Shown one piece after another: positions 63,248-64,000 of a stretch of 64,000 nt of DNA (position 1 is the first letter of the stretch; each line of letters opens with the position of its first letter). This DNA is from a virus (taxonomy: Duplodnaviria; Heunggongvirae; Uroviricota; Caudoviricetes): positions 1-64,000 of the IMG/VR virus record IMGVR_UViG_2775506858_000003; one strand, 5' to 3'. Below the pieces are notes generated by a model, which had not been told where the DNA came from, did no database searches, and saw only the letters and a list, made by a program, of their open reading frames with translations. The position numbers and the translations under genes are program-made.

Positions 63248-64000
63248 GCGGACAAAATATTTATCAAATGAGCCCATTAATTGGGCAGCAACCAGGCGTG
63301 CAAATTAACCCTGCTGTTGACCGCACAGACCGCCTTTTGCAAGAAAGTGGTGACCAAACATTTGCTATTGTTGCAAAGCTTTCTCGCGGCCGAATTGATA
63401 CGCCAATGCGCGTATCTGCTGACCGTTTGATTCGCTATTGTGGTCGTGCTGGTTCTTTACGTGTATCGGAATTAAACAGTTCCTACATTCAGATTGTGGA
63501 AGCAATTACCACCGGTGCAGCTGCTGTGGTGGTGTCACGCTTGGTAAGTGATGAAGCACTGAACCAATTCATGGTAATTAACCATGGCACCATTGATACC
63601 AATACACCGACTTCCATTGATGCCATTTTTACATTATCCGAAGAAGCCCCAACCGGTGCTGATTGGTTTGCACAAATCAAGGTGGCTGATTGTATCAATG
63701 AAGGTGTGATGGTTGAGTTGAGTAAAGGTAAATCCGCAGACCAACTGACCGTTAAAATTCGCGAACGCAAGTTCAATCGCGCTGGTAAGGATATTGCAAC
63801 CGGCGAAGTATTGTATGAAGTGACCGGTTCTACAAATGTTGATGCAGTAGATGACAGCAATCAATCTACTTACATTGGTGATGTGGCTGAAAAATATTAT
63901 GGTGATTGGTTGCAAATCGAAATCAATCAACAAAGCCATTTGATTTTAGCTTCTGATACTTTGGATGGACAGACTATTTCAAAAGAAATGTTGCCATTTT
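63244..64000 (+). CDS. hypothetical protein, runs off the window end
   Basis: Open frame from ATG 63244 (ATGA overlap) to the window end. Confidence 0.35.
   Translation, partial: MSGQNIYQMSPLIGQQPGVQINPAVDRTDRLLQESGDQTFAIVAKLSRGRIDTPMRVSADRLIRYCGRAGSLRVSELNSSYIQIVEAITTGAAAVVVSRLVSDEALNQFMVINHGTIDTNTPTSIDAIFTLSEEAPTGADWFAQIKVADCINEGVMVELSKGKSADQLTVKIRERKFNRAGKDIATGEVLYEVTGSTNVDAVDDSNQSTYIGDVAEKYYGDWLQIEINQQSHLILASDTLDGQTISKEMLPF

Overview
The window is almost entirely mobile DNA, in four blocks. (1) A lambdoid siphovirus-type prophage runs from before pos 1 to about 39.76 kb. It has a minus-strand early-left operon (lipoprotein, HicB-like, SPFH lipoprotein; KTSC gene on plus strand). Its immunity region is OL - DUF3800 gene - cI (S24) - OR/PR - cro(YdaS-like) - cII(YdaT-like). 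A DUF1376 replication gene sits with 11-bp iterons. A nin-like region carries DUF3310, RusA, YbcO and a Q-like gene. The late operon carries TerS, TerL, portal, MuF, scaffold and capsid. Head-tail joining genes and the major tail tube follow. An inserted Rha gene is preceded by an array of short palindromes. A G/GT chaperone pair carries an A_AAA_AAG -1 frameshift site. The tape measure has an M23 peptidase domain. Lambda-like M, L, K, I and a 1963-aa J protein follow. Holin and endolysin sit at the right end, next to a tRNA-3'-end-like sequence that I take as the att core. Several AT-rich morons interrupt the late operon, three of them on the opposite strand. (2) A decayed second phage-like segment (39.9-46.3 kb, minus strand) carries AlpA, ASCH, RdgC and a PP-family phosphatase. 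It ends in a DHFR 3' fragment that abuts an N-terminally truncated terminase large subunit on the other strand. (3) An AT-rich island (46.3-50.4 kb) holds an IS5-family IS (852 bp), a solo 53-bp copy of the same IS end, and an orphan 457-aa gene with a central HNH-like motif between them. (4) A third phage/plasmid-like block (50.5-64 kb, plus strand) encodes giant low-complexity proteins (976 and 715 aa; HExxH and SWIM motifs), suggestive of polyvalent injected proteins. It is interrupted at 56.1-59.1 kb by an AT-rich minus-strand cassette bracketed by two bidirectional terminators. That cassette encodes an N-terminal TIR-domain protein (482 aa), a membrane-anchored PD-(D/E)xK-like (DUF2726/Vsr-like) protein (214 aa) and an acidic 211-aa protein. 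This is my best candidate for an undescribed anti-phage defence system. I found no rRNA, no intact tRNA and no CRISPR array. All domain calls come from motif recognition by eye and need HMM or structure confirmation.
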